Positions 1-13,800 of a DNA stretch of 64,000 nt are shown in pieces. Numbering within the stretch: the first letter of the stretch is position 1; every line of letters begins with the position of its first letter. The DNA is from Octopus sinensis. Taxonomy: Eukaryota. Under the pieces are notes generated by a model. It was not told where the DNA came from. It searched no databases and saw only the letters and a program-made list of their open reading frames with translations. The stretch is from NCBI RefSeq assembly GCF_006345805.1, contig NC_043002.1, forward strand, positions 55,862,001-55,926,000. Reading direction: 5' to 3'. Both the position numbers and the translations under genes were made by a program.

Positions 1-311
1 TGTGAATCTTAGAGATAGTGCATGTGCGCACACACACACATACACACAAAGCTTGAACTCAGTGCCATCAATGCTCACACTATTTATTCTACCATTATCA
101 AGTAGTATTTGCTAGCTTTGAATATGTATTTGTAGTGTGGACAGACATCAAAGAATTTACCAACCCCTCTGATGTCCACATCCATTCTTTATAGATCAAT
201 ATGAAGGGTCACATGAATTTCTAGTGGAAATAAGTAATGCAAGGGATTCTTTGCTATTTATTACATGTGTATATGTGGGCAGGAGACGGCAAGTGCATTG
301 CTCAATCCTAC

Positions 312-359
312 CTTCTCAGCAGAGAGGAAAACTTCTACACAAGACAGAGACTGTCTTTT
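312..359 (-). CDS. Probable further DOCK exon: KRQSLSCVEVFLSAEK
   Basis: Strong acceptor ttgtcttttgtttttccag|AAA and donor AAG|gtagga; 48 nt, open, phase 0 to 0, matching the 10806 donor. No homology support. Confidence 0.5.
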
Positions 360-3300
360 CTGGAAAAACAAAAGACAACAGAGACGACATTTTGAGAGGT
401 GTCCCAAACATTTTTCAAACATGGTTCTATTCAAAAAGGGAGAATTGGAACAGCTGACTATAGCTCCCTACTTATTGTTGTCGTGTGTGTGTGTGTGTGT
501 GCATGCGCGCACTTCTATTTTATGTTGAAGATTCTACATGAATACAGGAAAAGTAGTTTCTTTATCAACAGACTGGAGCAGCAGACAAAATGCTTTGAAG
601 TATTTAGTTATGTCTCTAATATCAGAAGAGGCAGGAGTAATGAAACAGAGAGGTTTTAGAGCCTGTCACTGATGTGAGAATCATTACTAGCTTCTGTTTA
701 GGATGTGGTCTTGGATTTCTGTGTATATATCATAATCATAATTTAACATCCATGGCACTTTGTAAAAATTAATTGGTGCTGGTGCCATGGTAAAAGTACC
801 CATGCTGGTACTGTGTTAAATAAAAACCTCAAGCTGGTGCCACGTAAAAAGCACCCAGTACACTTTGTAAAGTGGTTGGCATTAGGAAGGACATCCAGCA
901 ATGGCAACCCTGCCAAAAAAATTGGAGTCTCATGCCGCTCCCTGGCTTGCCAGTTCTTGTCAAACCATGTGATCACAGAGCAAACTTTTTAACCCCACAA
1001 CCATTTATACACAATGGATGTGTTAAATAATAAAGCTGTGATGTCTGACAAAAGTGTGAAGATATCAAAATGTGTTGGAGTAATTAATTGTATGAGGTTT
1101 AGGAAACTGTAACTACAACAGCAATTTCAGACATATATCTAATTTAATCTGTGCTATATAAAGGACTTTATTTGAGAACATTGATTGAATATATATATGA
1201 GGTAGTTTATTAAGTAATCTATGGATTTACATAGGAGTGTTGTCATACTTGTGTAGCTTTAGTCAACTTGGCTCCTATACAGAAATAACCGACAAAATTG
1301 CTTAAGAGTAACCAAAACATCTAACATATGGACAGATCTAAGGATGACATTACACACTTTGACATGCAAGTTTTTTTTCTCTCTTTTTTTTGATAGTGCA
1401 ATACAAATATATATATATATATAAATACACAAATGTTTACTATTTTCCATGCCAACACTTAAACTTGGACAGAATAGTTTAACAAAATTTATGTTATGAT
1501 TTAAAACGAGGAAATTCAAGAAAAAAAAGGAAAAAGATCATGAGATGATATTATCTTGGAACATGGTGTGTTTCAGTTAATTAATTAGTTAATTAGAAAG
1601 AGAGATAGAGTGACAGGACAAGGGGATACATATTGTGTGTGTGGTAAAAACAAGAGGTAGAGTGAGACAGAGAGTGAGAGGAAAATAAGAGAGAGAAAGA
1701 TGGAGAGATAGATAGATAGATACAATGAAAGGAATGAAGGAAAGATGGAGAGGTGTGTCATGAAACAAAAGTGATATTGTGTGGATGTGAGTGAGTGTCT
1801 ATGCATGAGAAAGAGAGGGGGAAGGAGAGAGAGAGATGAACACCTGGGATAGCTAAACTACCAACAGCTTTATTACTACAAGAGATGTTATACACTAACC
1901 AAATGGATTCATTGACCTAATTGTTGTATTGATGAGTCTATCTACACTACAATTCAGCTAGGTAAATTCTTCAACCTTCTTCAGGTGCTAATAATATATT
2001 ATTTTCTAGTACTCATTTCTCTTGTGCAGGGATGAAGAACAGAAAAAAAAAAAAAAATGATGATACCTTGTAGTATCCAGGTAAGGTCTGGTTGATAGTA
2101 ATAAATAAATAAAAAGAAAATATAAAGATAATATAATTATTAATATATAAAGATTATTTCATTAATAATGAACAATATTAAAATTTTTTATATCTAATTA
2201 GGAAGAAAAAAGATATTAAATAAATGAATAAAATTATTAAAATTTTAGATTAATATAAGATCTGCTTTATAACAAGAAAGTGAGATTTTGTGGTATTCAT
2301 GTCATTTAAAGCATATATGGTAATATATGTTGATATATGTTAATATATGTTGGTGTGAAGTGGTTTCAATTTTTGATTGAAACCAGGTCTTTGACATTGC
2401 TCTCTTGGAGCTTATTTCTTGCACCATGGCACTCGTTACAAATTGGAAAATAAAACAAAAAAAATCAATAAAGAAATATGAATGACATTAATAAATAAGA
2501 AATACATTAATACACACACACATACATACATGTACACACACACACACACACCTTTATATATAAGTAATAGAAAAAAGATACATAATTCCACATGCAAATT
2601 AACATATAAATATTGAAAATTCAAGACACTTCTTTTATCCACTGCTATTACAAGGAGATATGCCTGATATATTGGAATACATACTATATTCATTTGTATA
2701 TAATATAATCGTTGTATACAATTTGTATATAATAATATGTCCTTATATATAATATGCTGCACAAATTGAGGGTCATGAAATTTCAAACAAAAAATAAAAT
2801 CTCATGTATAATACGCACAGACTTTCCTTATTGATATGATGTACAGAAAAAATGTTTAGTCAAATTTATTATAATTGCTATCTAAAACACATTGGAAAAG
2901 TTCACGCATTTCCAAAACAAAAATTGAAAAGTAACTTTTTAGATTTAGACTGTAAAACTGTACTTGCTGTAAAGAAGGCTATAAAACCATAATGGAAAAA
3001 TGTTAAACACTTCTGTTTAAATACTTTCATTCACCAATCAAGTAACATATAGTTCAGGTATAAATAAGTGTACTTTACATTTATAGGTTTAAAATGAGGT
3101 GGAGGGGTGCGTATTATACTCAAATAAATATGGTAAAAGTTTTAACAGTAAAATGGTTAAGTGATCCCTTTTCCAGGTACCATGACATAATGGATCCAAA
3201 TTACACAAATCGATATTGCTGTAAGAGTAACAGGCAAAATACCTTGTGGTATTTATTCTAATACTTTGAGCTTTTAGTTCAAATTCAGCAACGATAAATA

Positions 3301-3859
3301 AGGGACCACTCCTGCACAATTGTTTGGAGGAATTGTTAATGTCTCAGGTGAGAACACCTTGTGGGATCAATTTCAACTCTTAGTATTCAGAGTTCAAATA
3401 CCCACAAGGGGTTCAAAATCTGATGAAGGCTTGGGTTAAGCTTTTGACCTCAGGAACACAATTGATAATGAAAGCTGCAATGGGCAGAGGAAGGTTTGTA
3501 CAAGTCTGAATGTTACAGTTGAACAACAATGATGATGATAATGGTACCTTTTTGTGGTACTTCTTTAAAAAGAGGATGGACTGTGTCTTAACAGCAGACA
3601 CAACCCTAATACCAATGAAGTGATATGAACTTTCAAAAGGCAGGAAAAGAGAAGCTTAATTTGACTTATATACATACTTTACCAAATATAGTGCTTTTTT
3701 TTTTTTTTTCAAAATAAATATTTTAGGAAAAATACATTTCTAATGTTACAAGGAGTTTAAGTGATCAAGTCACAAGGAGTTCAATAATATCAAACAGATG
3801 ACAAACAAAACTCTCTTCATATCATACCAGTCGATTGTGATAACATTGTTATTATTCAG

Positions 3860-4268
3860 CCTGGTGAATGAAATCTGTGTTCTGGGATTGTGACAGACAG
3901 CTTCGTCTCGTCCTGGTGAATGTTTTTACCTTTCACCTTAAAAGGAAGGTGGGGTTGGAAAGGAGGTGCCTGTCGAAGCCAATAAATGATGGATGTGTGT
4001 GACACGTATGTTGGAAGTGAAAGGCCCTGCGTGAACACATCACAAAGATTACCAAGGTGTCGGTATTAAAGACAGGGCTTGTGGGGTTGGAACTTACCTG
4101 TTTGTAATGCCTCATTATGTTATTTTTGTATATGTAAATGTTTTTTGTGTTCCATTCGTTAATCATCTGTCATTGTAAATTTTTAAACCCATACAATTGT
4201 ATATGACCCCGTTCATATTGTGTTGTCCCTCTCTTTGTGCGCCTGTATGGGCAATAATAAAACCAAAC
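3860..4268 (+). mobile_element. Possible 5'-truncated L1/Tx1-like LINE 3' end (decayed)
   Basis: Decayed frame LVNVFTFHLKRKVGLERRCLS...WMCVTRMLEVKGP resembles Tx1 ORF2 C-termini from memory; followed by a T-rich 3' UTR and an AATAATAAAA tail. Confidence 0.4.
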
Positions 4269-6555
4269 ACAATAGAATGTCTTTTGATCTCAGTTCATGA
4301 TCCCCAGATTGGTAGTTTAATATCTTACACACACACACACACATCTTATCATGTTGAATAGTTTAAGCTAAATATTTTCAACTTTATCTGCAGCGTGAAC
4401 CCCTTAAAACTGAGCAAGATTATATTGTTGTTTAACCCCAGGTCAACTTTGCTTTCAATCATAAGTTTGCTTGATCAATCCAATTACGATCATTCTGTTT
4501 TTATTTTTTTCTTCTCTACATCTGGACTACATTAATGATAAGGTACCATTTCAGGGAGATTTGGCTGCTAATTTTAGCAGGTCGTGATTCTCTTATTGAT
4601 TTACACAAAGAAAGATAGTTCATCTAACAGTGAATGACTGTACATGTGGAGTTATCATTAGAATGGGCATGACAGCCGCTACATGTGGGTAAAAACACAC
4701 TGCAACAACTACTGGACTCTATCGAACATTACCAGACTGAAATAATGTAGAATAAAGGTCTTTCCAGGTTCAACCTGTAGATTTGAACCAGTAACCTCTG
4801 CATTTCAAGTTTATAACACTTTCAACCCTATGGATACCAACCGAACCCAAGATCTGCCCTGGATCTACAATTTCTAGTTTTAAAATTATCTAAAAGCATT
4901 CCATCAAAATTTATGTCCCAAATACCAGCTTTAATAACAACAAAATTATTTTACTAAATTCTTCAAAATTAATTGAAATTACAGGAAGTGTATTTCAACA
5001 GAAAAATGGTAACAAAAGGATTAAAAGAGTATTTATTTAGGGCTGGATTAATTCCAGTGTGATTGCTATAGGTCAGCCTTGAATAAGCAATTCTATGATC
5101 AAAAGTGTTCCAACAATGACCACCCTATCCTTTTATTCAAGTACCCATGACCACTTTATTGAATGTGGTCATCTTTTTTCAAGAGGGAGATTAGTTGCTA
5201 TTTCTAAAGCAAATAATTGCATAGAGTTCCCCTCATTGATTGTCAGTGAACACAAGAGCATATTATAATTTATGTCAACAAAGCTACTACAGTCTCCATT
5301 TATAAGACAAACTATTGACAATATCAGTAAGAACAACATTGAATCTTCACACACGTGTACAGACTGTCACTACTTCAAGGCAAACTATCATATATATAAA
5401 ATGAAGAATGGAGTATGTAGTGTTACATTTATTCCATGGTTTACAATTGTTTCATCAATGTGCAGGTGACTAATCAAACATCATGTCTAGACATAGATGA
5501 TAACAGTGATTTAGTCATGTGCATTATGAAATTTATATGACATAGTAGCTAGTGTGGTCATTTAATCGTAACCAAGAGGAAAAATATAATACCAAACACT
5601 TCTTCACTTATTATATATATATATATCACAACTTTACAAAAGAATACAATCAAGATAGGTAAGGGGGGAGGAGGATCACAAAGTGACTAAAGGATTAAGT
5701 CAGTAGGTTTGTTCATGCATATGTGTACATGTAAGTGCAAAGAGGACTGACAGTTGTAACTATAGTCAAACTGAATCACACCTACAATAATAACATCATG
5801 TTTGGGAATAATTATGAAAATTTCAGTCATCTAAAAACAAAAACAAAAAAAACAACCTGGAAGGACCTAGGAAGACAAATTGGTGCAGTGAAGAAACAAA
5901 ATACCAAAACTAAGAGGAAGAAATCTAAATATGGAATTGTAAGCCAAGACATCAACACGACAAAAGGTTCATGGTGGAGAATTGACAGAGAATAAGAAAA
6001 TGAGTATTGTTCTGAAATATACCAACCACAGACAGGCTGACATGCGAATGAGATTTGGCAACAGTTTTCTGAAGAACAAAGAAAAACATGCAGGCATGTC
6101 AATGAAAGAGAAATAAAGGAATGAGGAATTTCCTCAGAAGTTTAAATTCAATAAACATCTCTCTATATATATGGAGAACAGCCCCACTTTTATGTATGTT
6201 TTATCAAATACTCAACTATATCTAAGTTTTATATTCTTCATTTCATATTTTATGCTATATTTTTCATATTTTCTTGTTGGCTTTTTTGCAGTTGGCTTGG
6301 AATGGTAGACTTCTGATGTCTTTAGACCTTCATACTGGCAATTCATTTTTCATCTGTAACTTGTTTCAGTCATTAGACTGCAGCCATGCTGGAGCACAAT
6401 CTTGAGACATTTTTAGTCAAATGAATCCACCCAAGGAGTTATTTTTTTAAAGCCTGGAAATTATTCTATCGATCAGTTTTGCCGAACCACTAAGTTATGG
6501 AGATATAAACACACCAACACTATTTGTCAAGCTGTTATGGGGACGAACACTGACA

Positions 6556-6960
6556 CATCATCATCGTTTAACGTCCATTTTCCATGCTGGCATGGGTTGG
6601 ATGGTTCGACTGGGGTCTGGAAAGCCAGGAGGCTGCACCAGGCCCCAATCTGATCTGGCAGTATTTCTACAGCTGGATGCCTTTCCTAATGCCAACCATT
6701 CCGAGAGAGTAGTGGGTGCTTTTTACGTGCCACCAGCACAGGGGCCAGAGGAGCTGCATCGGTCCTGTTCGGATGGTGCTTTTTATGTGCCACCAACACG
6801 AGGGTCACAACTACAATTTCCATTTGATTTGATTTTGATATTGCTGATGTTGATGTACTTGACTCAATAGGTCTCCTCAAGCACGGCATGTCACCCTACA
6901 ATCCAAGGTACTTTTGAATGGGCAGGTTATGCGATACTGATGTAGGTTACGGCAGTGGAC
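6556..6960 (-). mobile_element. RTE-type LINE 3' UTR fragment with (CAT)n tail
   Basis: Same 3' end (catcatcgtttaacgtcc...ccatgctggcatgggttggatgg) as the ORF2-bearing copy at 57258-58860. Further fragments near 740-970, 20160-20440, 24600-24990, 26000-26330, 27075-27415, 39066-39345, 50122-50596. Confidence 0.85.
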
Positions 6961-8227
6961 TCATATATATGATGGCCTTCTTCCAGTCTCTGTCTACCAA
7001 ATCCATAAGGCTTTGGTCAGCCCAAAGTGATAGAAGAAGACACTTGGCCAAGGTGCCACAAAGTGGAACTGAACCTGGAACCATGTGGTTGGGAAGCAAG
7101 CTTCTTAGCACACAGTCTTCATTTCTTGATAATGAAAATCTAGAAATGTTGGATATGGATTTAGGAACTCTACCGTTCCGAAGCAACTATAAAAAGCTAA
7201 CAAGAAAACATGAAAAATATAAAATAAAGAAGATAAAACTTGGATAGAGTCAAGTATTTAAAGAGACATAAATATTTTTCAATTACCAAATCAATTTTTA
7301 ATAGTTGCATATAAATTTGTTTTTTTTATTGCCCCTACTCATATCACCCGTTCAAGGTATCAATCCTGACTAAATAAACAACATAATCTTAAACATCTTG
7401 ATGATGTCTGCTGCAATAATAAAATTGATGTGAGCAATCTTTGAAAAGTAACATGAGAATATAAAATGGTTTGCACTGCTTCTCATCACATTATAAACTT
7501 CAAAATATTTAATACCATAAATATTTTGAAATCAATGAAATTCAAGCAATCTCACAGACATCTTTGTTATATTTCCTACCTCCATTACTGAAAAATTCCT
7601 CTTCTTAATTCATTATTATCTCCCTTACACAGTATCTCTTCTCCACTCTAATCGCCCCCAACCACTTTCCTTCTAAAATGTGAATAACCATGTGGTCCCT
7701 CCACAGCAAGAAACCTGTTCCACACTTTAATTGCTTATCTCCTAGCATAAAGACACCCCCAACCAATCCTTTAGGGTTCATAATCTTGCAAGTTGAATGG
7801 TGACCTCACTAATGCTGGTGCCATGCAAAAAGCACCCAGCACATGGGGTAGAATGGTTGGCCTTAGGAAGGGCATCTAACCATTCCAACCATGCCAAAGT
7901 AGACACTTGGGCCCTCAGATCATGTTGTTCTGTCCACCCCATGCCAGTATGGAATATGGATGCTCAACAATGAACCCCGCCCACCCAACATATTTTTCTA
8001 ATTTTTACTAATTTCTACATTCAATTTTACCCTGTCAGTGTAATTTCTACACAGATTTATAAATAATTTTTCTGCATTTATATTTAATACCCAAACCCTT
8101 TAAGAATCTCTTCTGCCAATGATTTTCAAAAAGTTTTGCTTTATATAATTCAATGGGTTTTCAGCCTTCAATCAAAACTTACAGCATGTATTTCTTTTCT
8201 TCATGTTTTGCTAGATATTCCAATAAA

Positions 8228-8525
8228 GGCACCTGGCTTAGCAGTAGGGGTATTCAGCTCACAATTGTAAGGTCATAAGTTCAATTTCCAGTGGTACACT
8301 GTGTCCTTGAGCAAGTCACTTTATTTCATGTTGCTCTGGCTCACTCAACTGGGAAAAGTGAGTTGTACCTGTAATACAAAGGGGGTCAGCCTTGTCTCTG
8401 AGAACTATGTTAAGGGTGCACATGTCTGTGGAATGCTCAGCTACTTGCATGTTAATTTCATGTGCAGGCTGTTCCGTTGATTTTATTAACTGAACCCTGG
8501 TCATAGTAACCAAGGGAGTGCCAAT
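8228..8525 (+). mobile_element. tRNA-derived SINE (CORE/Meta-like body)
   Basis: A-box-like tggcttagcagt, B-box-like gttcaatt, then gtgtccttgagcaagtcacttta; related copy at 16007-16356 (-). Confidence 0.65.
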
Positions 8526-8911
8526 GTCCATTCTCCAAGCTGTCATGGGTTGGTAAGATGGAAGGCTGCACCAGACTCCAGTCTGATTTGGCATGGTTTT
8601 CTACAGCTGGATGCCCTTCCTAATGCCAATCACTCCAAGAGTGTAAAGGGTGCTTTTATGTGCCACCGGCATGGGTGCCATTTGTGACATTGGTATCTGC
8701 CACGACAGCGATTTTGCTCAGCTTGATGGGTCTTCTTCTCAAGCATGTCATAATGCCAAAGGTCTCGGTCATTGTGTCTGTGAGGCCCAACACTTGAAAG
8801 GACCTCGGGCTTTTTACCTCTGTGAGTTTATATAATCCAAGAAGTAGTGCACTAGGGCACCGTATACAACAAGAGCATCATCATTATTATTATTATTGTA
8901 ATTATTATTAA

Positions 8912-9122
8912 GGTGGCAAGCTGGTAGAATCGTTAGCATGCCAGGTGAAATGCTTAGCAGTATTTCATCTGCCATACATTCCAAGTTCAAATTCTGCCAA
9001 GATCGACTTTGCTTTTCATCCTTTTGGGGTCGATTAAATGAGTACCAGTTATGCACTGGGGTCGGTCCTATCGACTTAATCCCTTCCCCCAAATTTGAGG
9101 CCTTGTGCTTCCAGCAGAAAGG

Positions 9123-9158
<36 letters not shown>

Positions 9159-9160
9159 AT
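8912..9160 (+). mobile_element. tRNA-derived SINE with Nin-like central domain and (ATT)n tail
   Basis: ggtggcaagctggtagaatcgttagc head, gttcaaatt B box, ttttcatccttttggggtcgattaaatgagtaccag core. Other copies near 9200-9600, 10965-11130, 14480-14680, 39735-39960, 44088-44320, 54640-54810. Confidence 0.8.
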
Positions 9161-10245
9161 TGAGGCAGTGAGAAGGCATTCAAAAAGCATAGTAAAAAAT
9201 TCCTAGTGGTATTAGTTCCAACTATTTACATTCTGAGTTCAAACCCAGCTGAGGTCAATTTTGCCTTTCTTCCTTACAGGGTTGATAAAATAAAGTACCA
9301 GTCAAGTACTGGGGTTCGTATAATCGACAAGCCCCCACCCCAACCCCTGCTCCAAAATTTCAAGCCTTGTGCCTATCGTAGAAAGGATTATCATAAGTAT
9401 TCCTTTCATTCTTCTGAGGTCGATAAAGTACCAGTCAGACATTGGGGTAAATGATCAGCCCCCTCCTGCCATCCCTCCAAATTTCTGGTTTTCTGCCTAT
9501 AGTAGAAAGGAATATTATTATTATTATTATTACTATTTATTATTATTGTTATAATTATTACTATTCATTATTATTATTATTATTATTCATTATTATTATT
9601 ATTATTATTATATCTATGTATAAGTTTCCATTGTTCTACTGATTAGAATCATACAAAGACTAAAAATAAGAAAGATCGAGTAAAGAATTGAGAAGTTGAC
9701 AGTCTCCAATACACACACGTGAATGTAAATATTTTGTGAGAGTGTGTGTGTGTGTGTTATTTAAATCAGCCGAAGTTACAAAGTGACTCAGAAGGTAAAA
9801 GCTTAGTGCATTGACGTTTATGAAATTGGTAAATGCCACTGCACGAAAAACCTGGCTCTCATGTCACATTGTGACTATTGCCAATTCAATGATATGTATG
9901 TACACACGCACACACACGCGCATACGGTTCTTTGTTGTTGTTTTTGTTAGAGTTGAACTTCAAGTCCCACACTAAACTAGAAATTCTCAAATGGGAAAAT
10001 TAATGACAAAGTCTTGAAGGCTTTCTCTGTTGCTGTACCGTCCAATATCACCCTTTCAATATGAAACTTGAAGTATTGCAGCAGTACATCAGCTTGTAAC
10101 AATAAAGCAAAAAAAACATATATTTACTCTACTGCATGTATCTGAGTTCTCTCTATTTTGTTCATACCAGTAAATATACACATCACATCATATATATGGT
10201 ATCTATAGATGTATGTACAAAATGTATAATACTTTTGTCACATAG

Positions 10246-10313
<68 letters not shown>

Positions 10314-10805
10314 AAATTTCAAAATCAATCACGCAAGATGAACTGTGGCATATAACCTGAATAATTAAAAAGAATTTTATTAAATAAAACATTTGCAAAT
10401 TGTTCAGAGTAAGAGAGAGAAAGCAATCTGATAGAGTTGGTTGATATTTTTATAGCAATAATTCATCAACCGAACACATTAAGAAAAAACTCTTACTGTT
10501 ATTTTTCTCAAATATATTCCATAAGTACAGTGTTGAATTATACCAATAAATTGACTTCTACATTCCAAAGATTTTACTGTGTGCCTTTGAATTAACCAGT
10601 ATTTACTGATGTACATTTACATCTTTTTGATTTTCCCATAATTGAAAAAAAAAAAACGTTTGTACATTTAATATCCTACAGTGGTGTAGGTTGAATAGAT
10701 ATTCAAATTTATGACATCACTGTACGTGGTTTCCATAGCAAGAATTGTTTCTTTTAGAAAACGGTAAATAATTCTGTCTGTTAAATGTGTGAACAATGTG
10801 TTTAC

Positions 10806-10887
10806 CTCTTTCATTTCTGAATATATATTGAAGGAGTTGTCTTCATCATGGAACCCAGTGTCAGCTGACAAAGTAGAAGACCGATTG
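10806..10887 (-). CDS. DOCK3/4: DOCK3/4-like C-terminal tail exon: [27 protein letters not shown] (or a terminal exon reading on to TAA at 10668)
   Basis: ttttttctgtag|C AAT ... GAG|gtaaac; 82 nt, phase 2 to 0; the frame stays open past the donor to 10668. Confidence 0.78.
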
Positions 10888-13800
10888 CTACAGAAAAAAA
10901 AAAAGAAAAAAATTATAAAATTTACTATCTGAATGTCATTTCTTGGACACTAATAATCATACAAAGGTGGTAAGCTGGCAGAATTGTTAGCATCCGGTCA
11001 AATTTATTCTGAGTTCAAATCCTGCTAGGGTCAACTTTCCCATTCATCTCTGGGGTCAATGAACTAAAATACTAGTCAAGTAGTGGGGTTGGTGTAATTA
11101 ACTTGACCCCTACCTTCAAAAACTGCTGGCCTTGACTGCTGCAATGGACCCACAACTTACAAAATAGAACAGAAGAATTTGAGAGTGAAGAGCCAGTGGG
11201 TGATTTGTTTCTCAGGAAACTGTCAATAGATGTCACTGGTTGCAGCCCAACCACAAACAATTAACATCACTGTTCATAGCTGTAGCTCAACATAGTTTGG
11301 TAAACAGTCACATGCATGCAAACTCACATATGTGTGTGTATCATCATCATCCTTAAACATCCGCTTTCCATGCTGGCATGGGTTGGACAATTTGACTGAA
11401 GACTGGCGAACCAGATGGCTGCACCAGGTTCCAATCTGATCTAGCAGCGTTTCTACAACTGGATGCCTTTCTTAATGCCAACCACTCTGAGAGTGTAGCG
11501 GGTGCTTTTACGTGCCACCTGCACAAGGGCCAGTCTGGTGGTACTGGCTATGGCCATGCTCAAAATGGTGTTTTTTATGTACCACCTGCACAGGAGTCAG
11601 TCCAGCGGCAAGTGCCAGTAAGGCGACGCTGGTAGCGATCACGCTCAAATGGTGCTTTTTACGTACCCACCGGCACGGAAACCAGACAGCTACTCTGGCA
11701 GTGATCCCGCTCAGATGGAGCTGTTAGCGCTCCACTGGCACGGGTGCCAGTCATCGAATTTGGTTCAATTTCGATTTCACTTGCCCCAACAGGTCTTCGC
11801 AAGCAGAGTTTAGTGTCCAATGAAGGGAGGTTGGTATCGGTGCCAGTCGTCGAATTTGGTTCAATTTCGAATTCAATTTCAATTTCACTTGCCTCAGCAG
11901 GTCTTCGCAAGCAGAGTTTTGTGTCCAAAGAAGGATAGGTATGCGTAAGTGGGCTGGCTACATCCCTGGTAAAGGCCATGGGTTATGGTCTCGCTTGTCC
12001 TGCCGGGTCTTCTCATACACAGCATATTTCCAAAGGTCTCGGTCACTAGTCATTGCCATGCTTCATGGTAGTGAAACTTGGGCTCTGACTGCAGAGGACA
12101 TGCATAGGCTTGAAAGAAATGAAGCTAGCATGATCCACTGGATGTGTAATGTCAGTGTGCACACCGACAGAGTGTAAGCACCCTGAGAGAAATGTTGGAC
12201 ATAAAAAGCATCAGATGTGGTGTGCAAGAGAGACGTTTGCGCTAGTATGGTCATGTACTGCGGATGAATGAGGAAAGATGTGTGAAGAAGTGCCACTCCC
12301 AAACAGTTGAAGGTATCCGGGAGAGAGGTAGGCCCGGGAAAACATGGGATGAGTTAGTCAAGCATGACCTTTGAACGTTGGGCCTCACAGAGGCAATGAC
12401 GGAAGACCGAGATCTCTGGAGATATGCTGTGACTGCAAAGACCCGACAAATAATGTGAGTTCATGGCTGCTTCCTGCATGAGTTTTGCATAGCCCCAGCC
12501 CATCCAAAGTACCTTGGATTGCAGAACAACCTGCTGTGCTTACCTTGGATCGTAGGGTGACCTGCTGTGCTTGAGGAGACCTATTATAAATAATGCAGTT
12601 TTTCAATTGCATGTTGGAGGGGGATGGGATAAACTACCTGCATCAACTTGCTATAAAAGCAGGTAGTAATTTAACCTTGTACTTATTCTTAGTGAAAGTT
12701 TTGAAGAGTGCAGTTCGATTTTAACAGTTATTTTTTCAAAGCTATAATGGAAGTAACAAAGGAGCATATTCAGCATATTTTGCTTTATGAGTTCAATAGA
12801 GGCAACAACGCAATGGAAAGTGCAAAGAATATTAATGCAGTATATAGCGATTGGAAAATAAGTGTAAGCCAGTGTCAACAGTGGTTCCAGAAATTCTGAA
12901 CCGGAATCTACAGCCTAGAAGACAAGCCTCATCTTGGAAGATCAGTAGAGTTCAGCAAGGACATCCTGCAAACCCTGGTGGAACAAAACCCCATTGTAAC
13001 TGTTGAGGAACTAGCAGAGAAGCTTGGATTTGGTCATTCAACCATTCATTAACACCTGCGTACCATCAGAAAAGTCAGCAAACTGGGTCAAACTTTCTGA
13101 GTCTAATCATGCGCAGAGAGGAAATGTGTGCTCTTCTTTGCTGTCATGTTTCATGAATGAACCTTTTTTGGACTGAATAGTGACTGGTAGTGAGAAATGG
13201 GTTCTCTATAAAAATGTCAAGCACCGAAGACAGTGGACAGGGAAAGGAGGAATATCAGCACCCTGGGCTAAAGAAGGTCTTCACCCATGTAAGGCATTGT
13301 TATCTGTTGCCAGCTCCTTGTCAAACTGTGCAATCTATGCCAGCATGGAAAATAGACATTAAATTATAACAATTCAAAGAAACACTCAAATTTACCAAGA
13401 TATAAATCCACAAGAATAACCATTTCCTAAAAAGATTCTAAAAATCAAATTAGGAGCATGAAAATAGAAAGGGGAAAGAAAAAACAAACCTGCTGTTTGA
13501 GTGAATGGATCCTGTGCTGGGGGTACTTGGTCGATCATCAAACAAATCTAAACGGTTTGAAGGTGTTTGATGCATTCTACCAAAAGATGGCGAGCCCTTG
13601 GAGAAAGAAATTGATAATCTAATAAGAATATGGATAACATTGATGTGAAATAATGGAAATGGAAATTCAGGGAGTTGCAGTTAAATATTTTGTCTAAAGA
13701 AATATTTGGAAAAATTAATGAAAGAAGCAACAAAATGGTTGTTTAAGCCTTTAACATCCAGATTTCTTTGTCAAATGTTTTGCTTATTTATTCACATTGT

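Noticed and set aside
2030-2080. Plus-strand exon-like segment (tgcag|...CAG|gtaagg)
   Set aside because: Contains a long A run and has no partner exons; cannot be told from chance without RNA data.
3420-3460. CTGATGA hammerhead-like core (also the minus-strand core near 18880 and CTGAGGA near 18483)
   Set aside because: No correctly placed GAAA-stem III-UH or closing stem I.
4098-4166. Minus-strand 69-nt phase-0 exon ending in a perfect CAG|GTAAGT
   Set aside because: The acceptor has no pyrimidine tract and the segment is antisense to a probable LINE 3' UTR.
13490-13547. Shorter version of the exon using tttag|ATTTG at 13547
   Set aside because: Phase is incompatible with the upstream exon; the acceptor at 13596 restores the frame.
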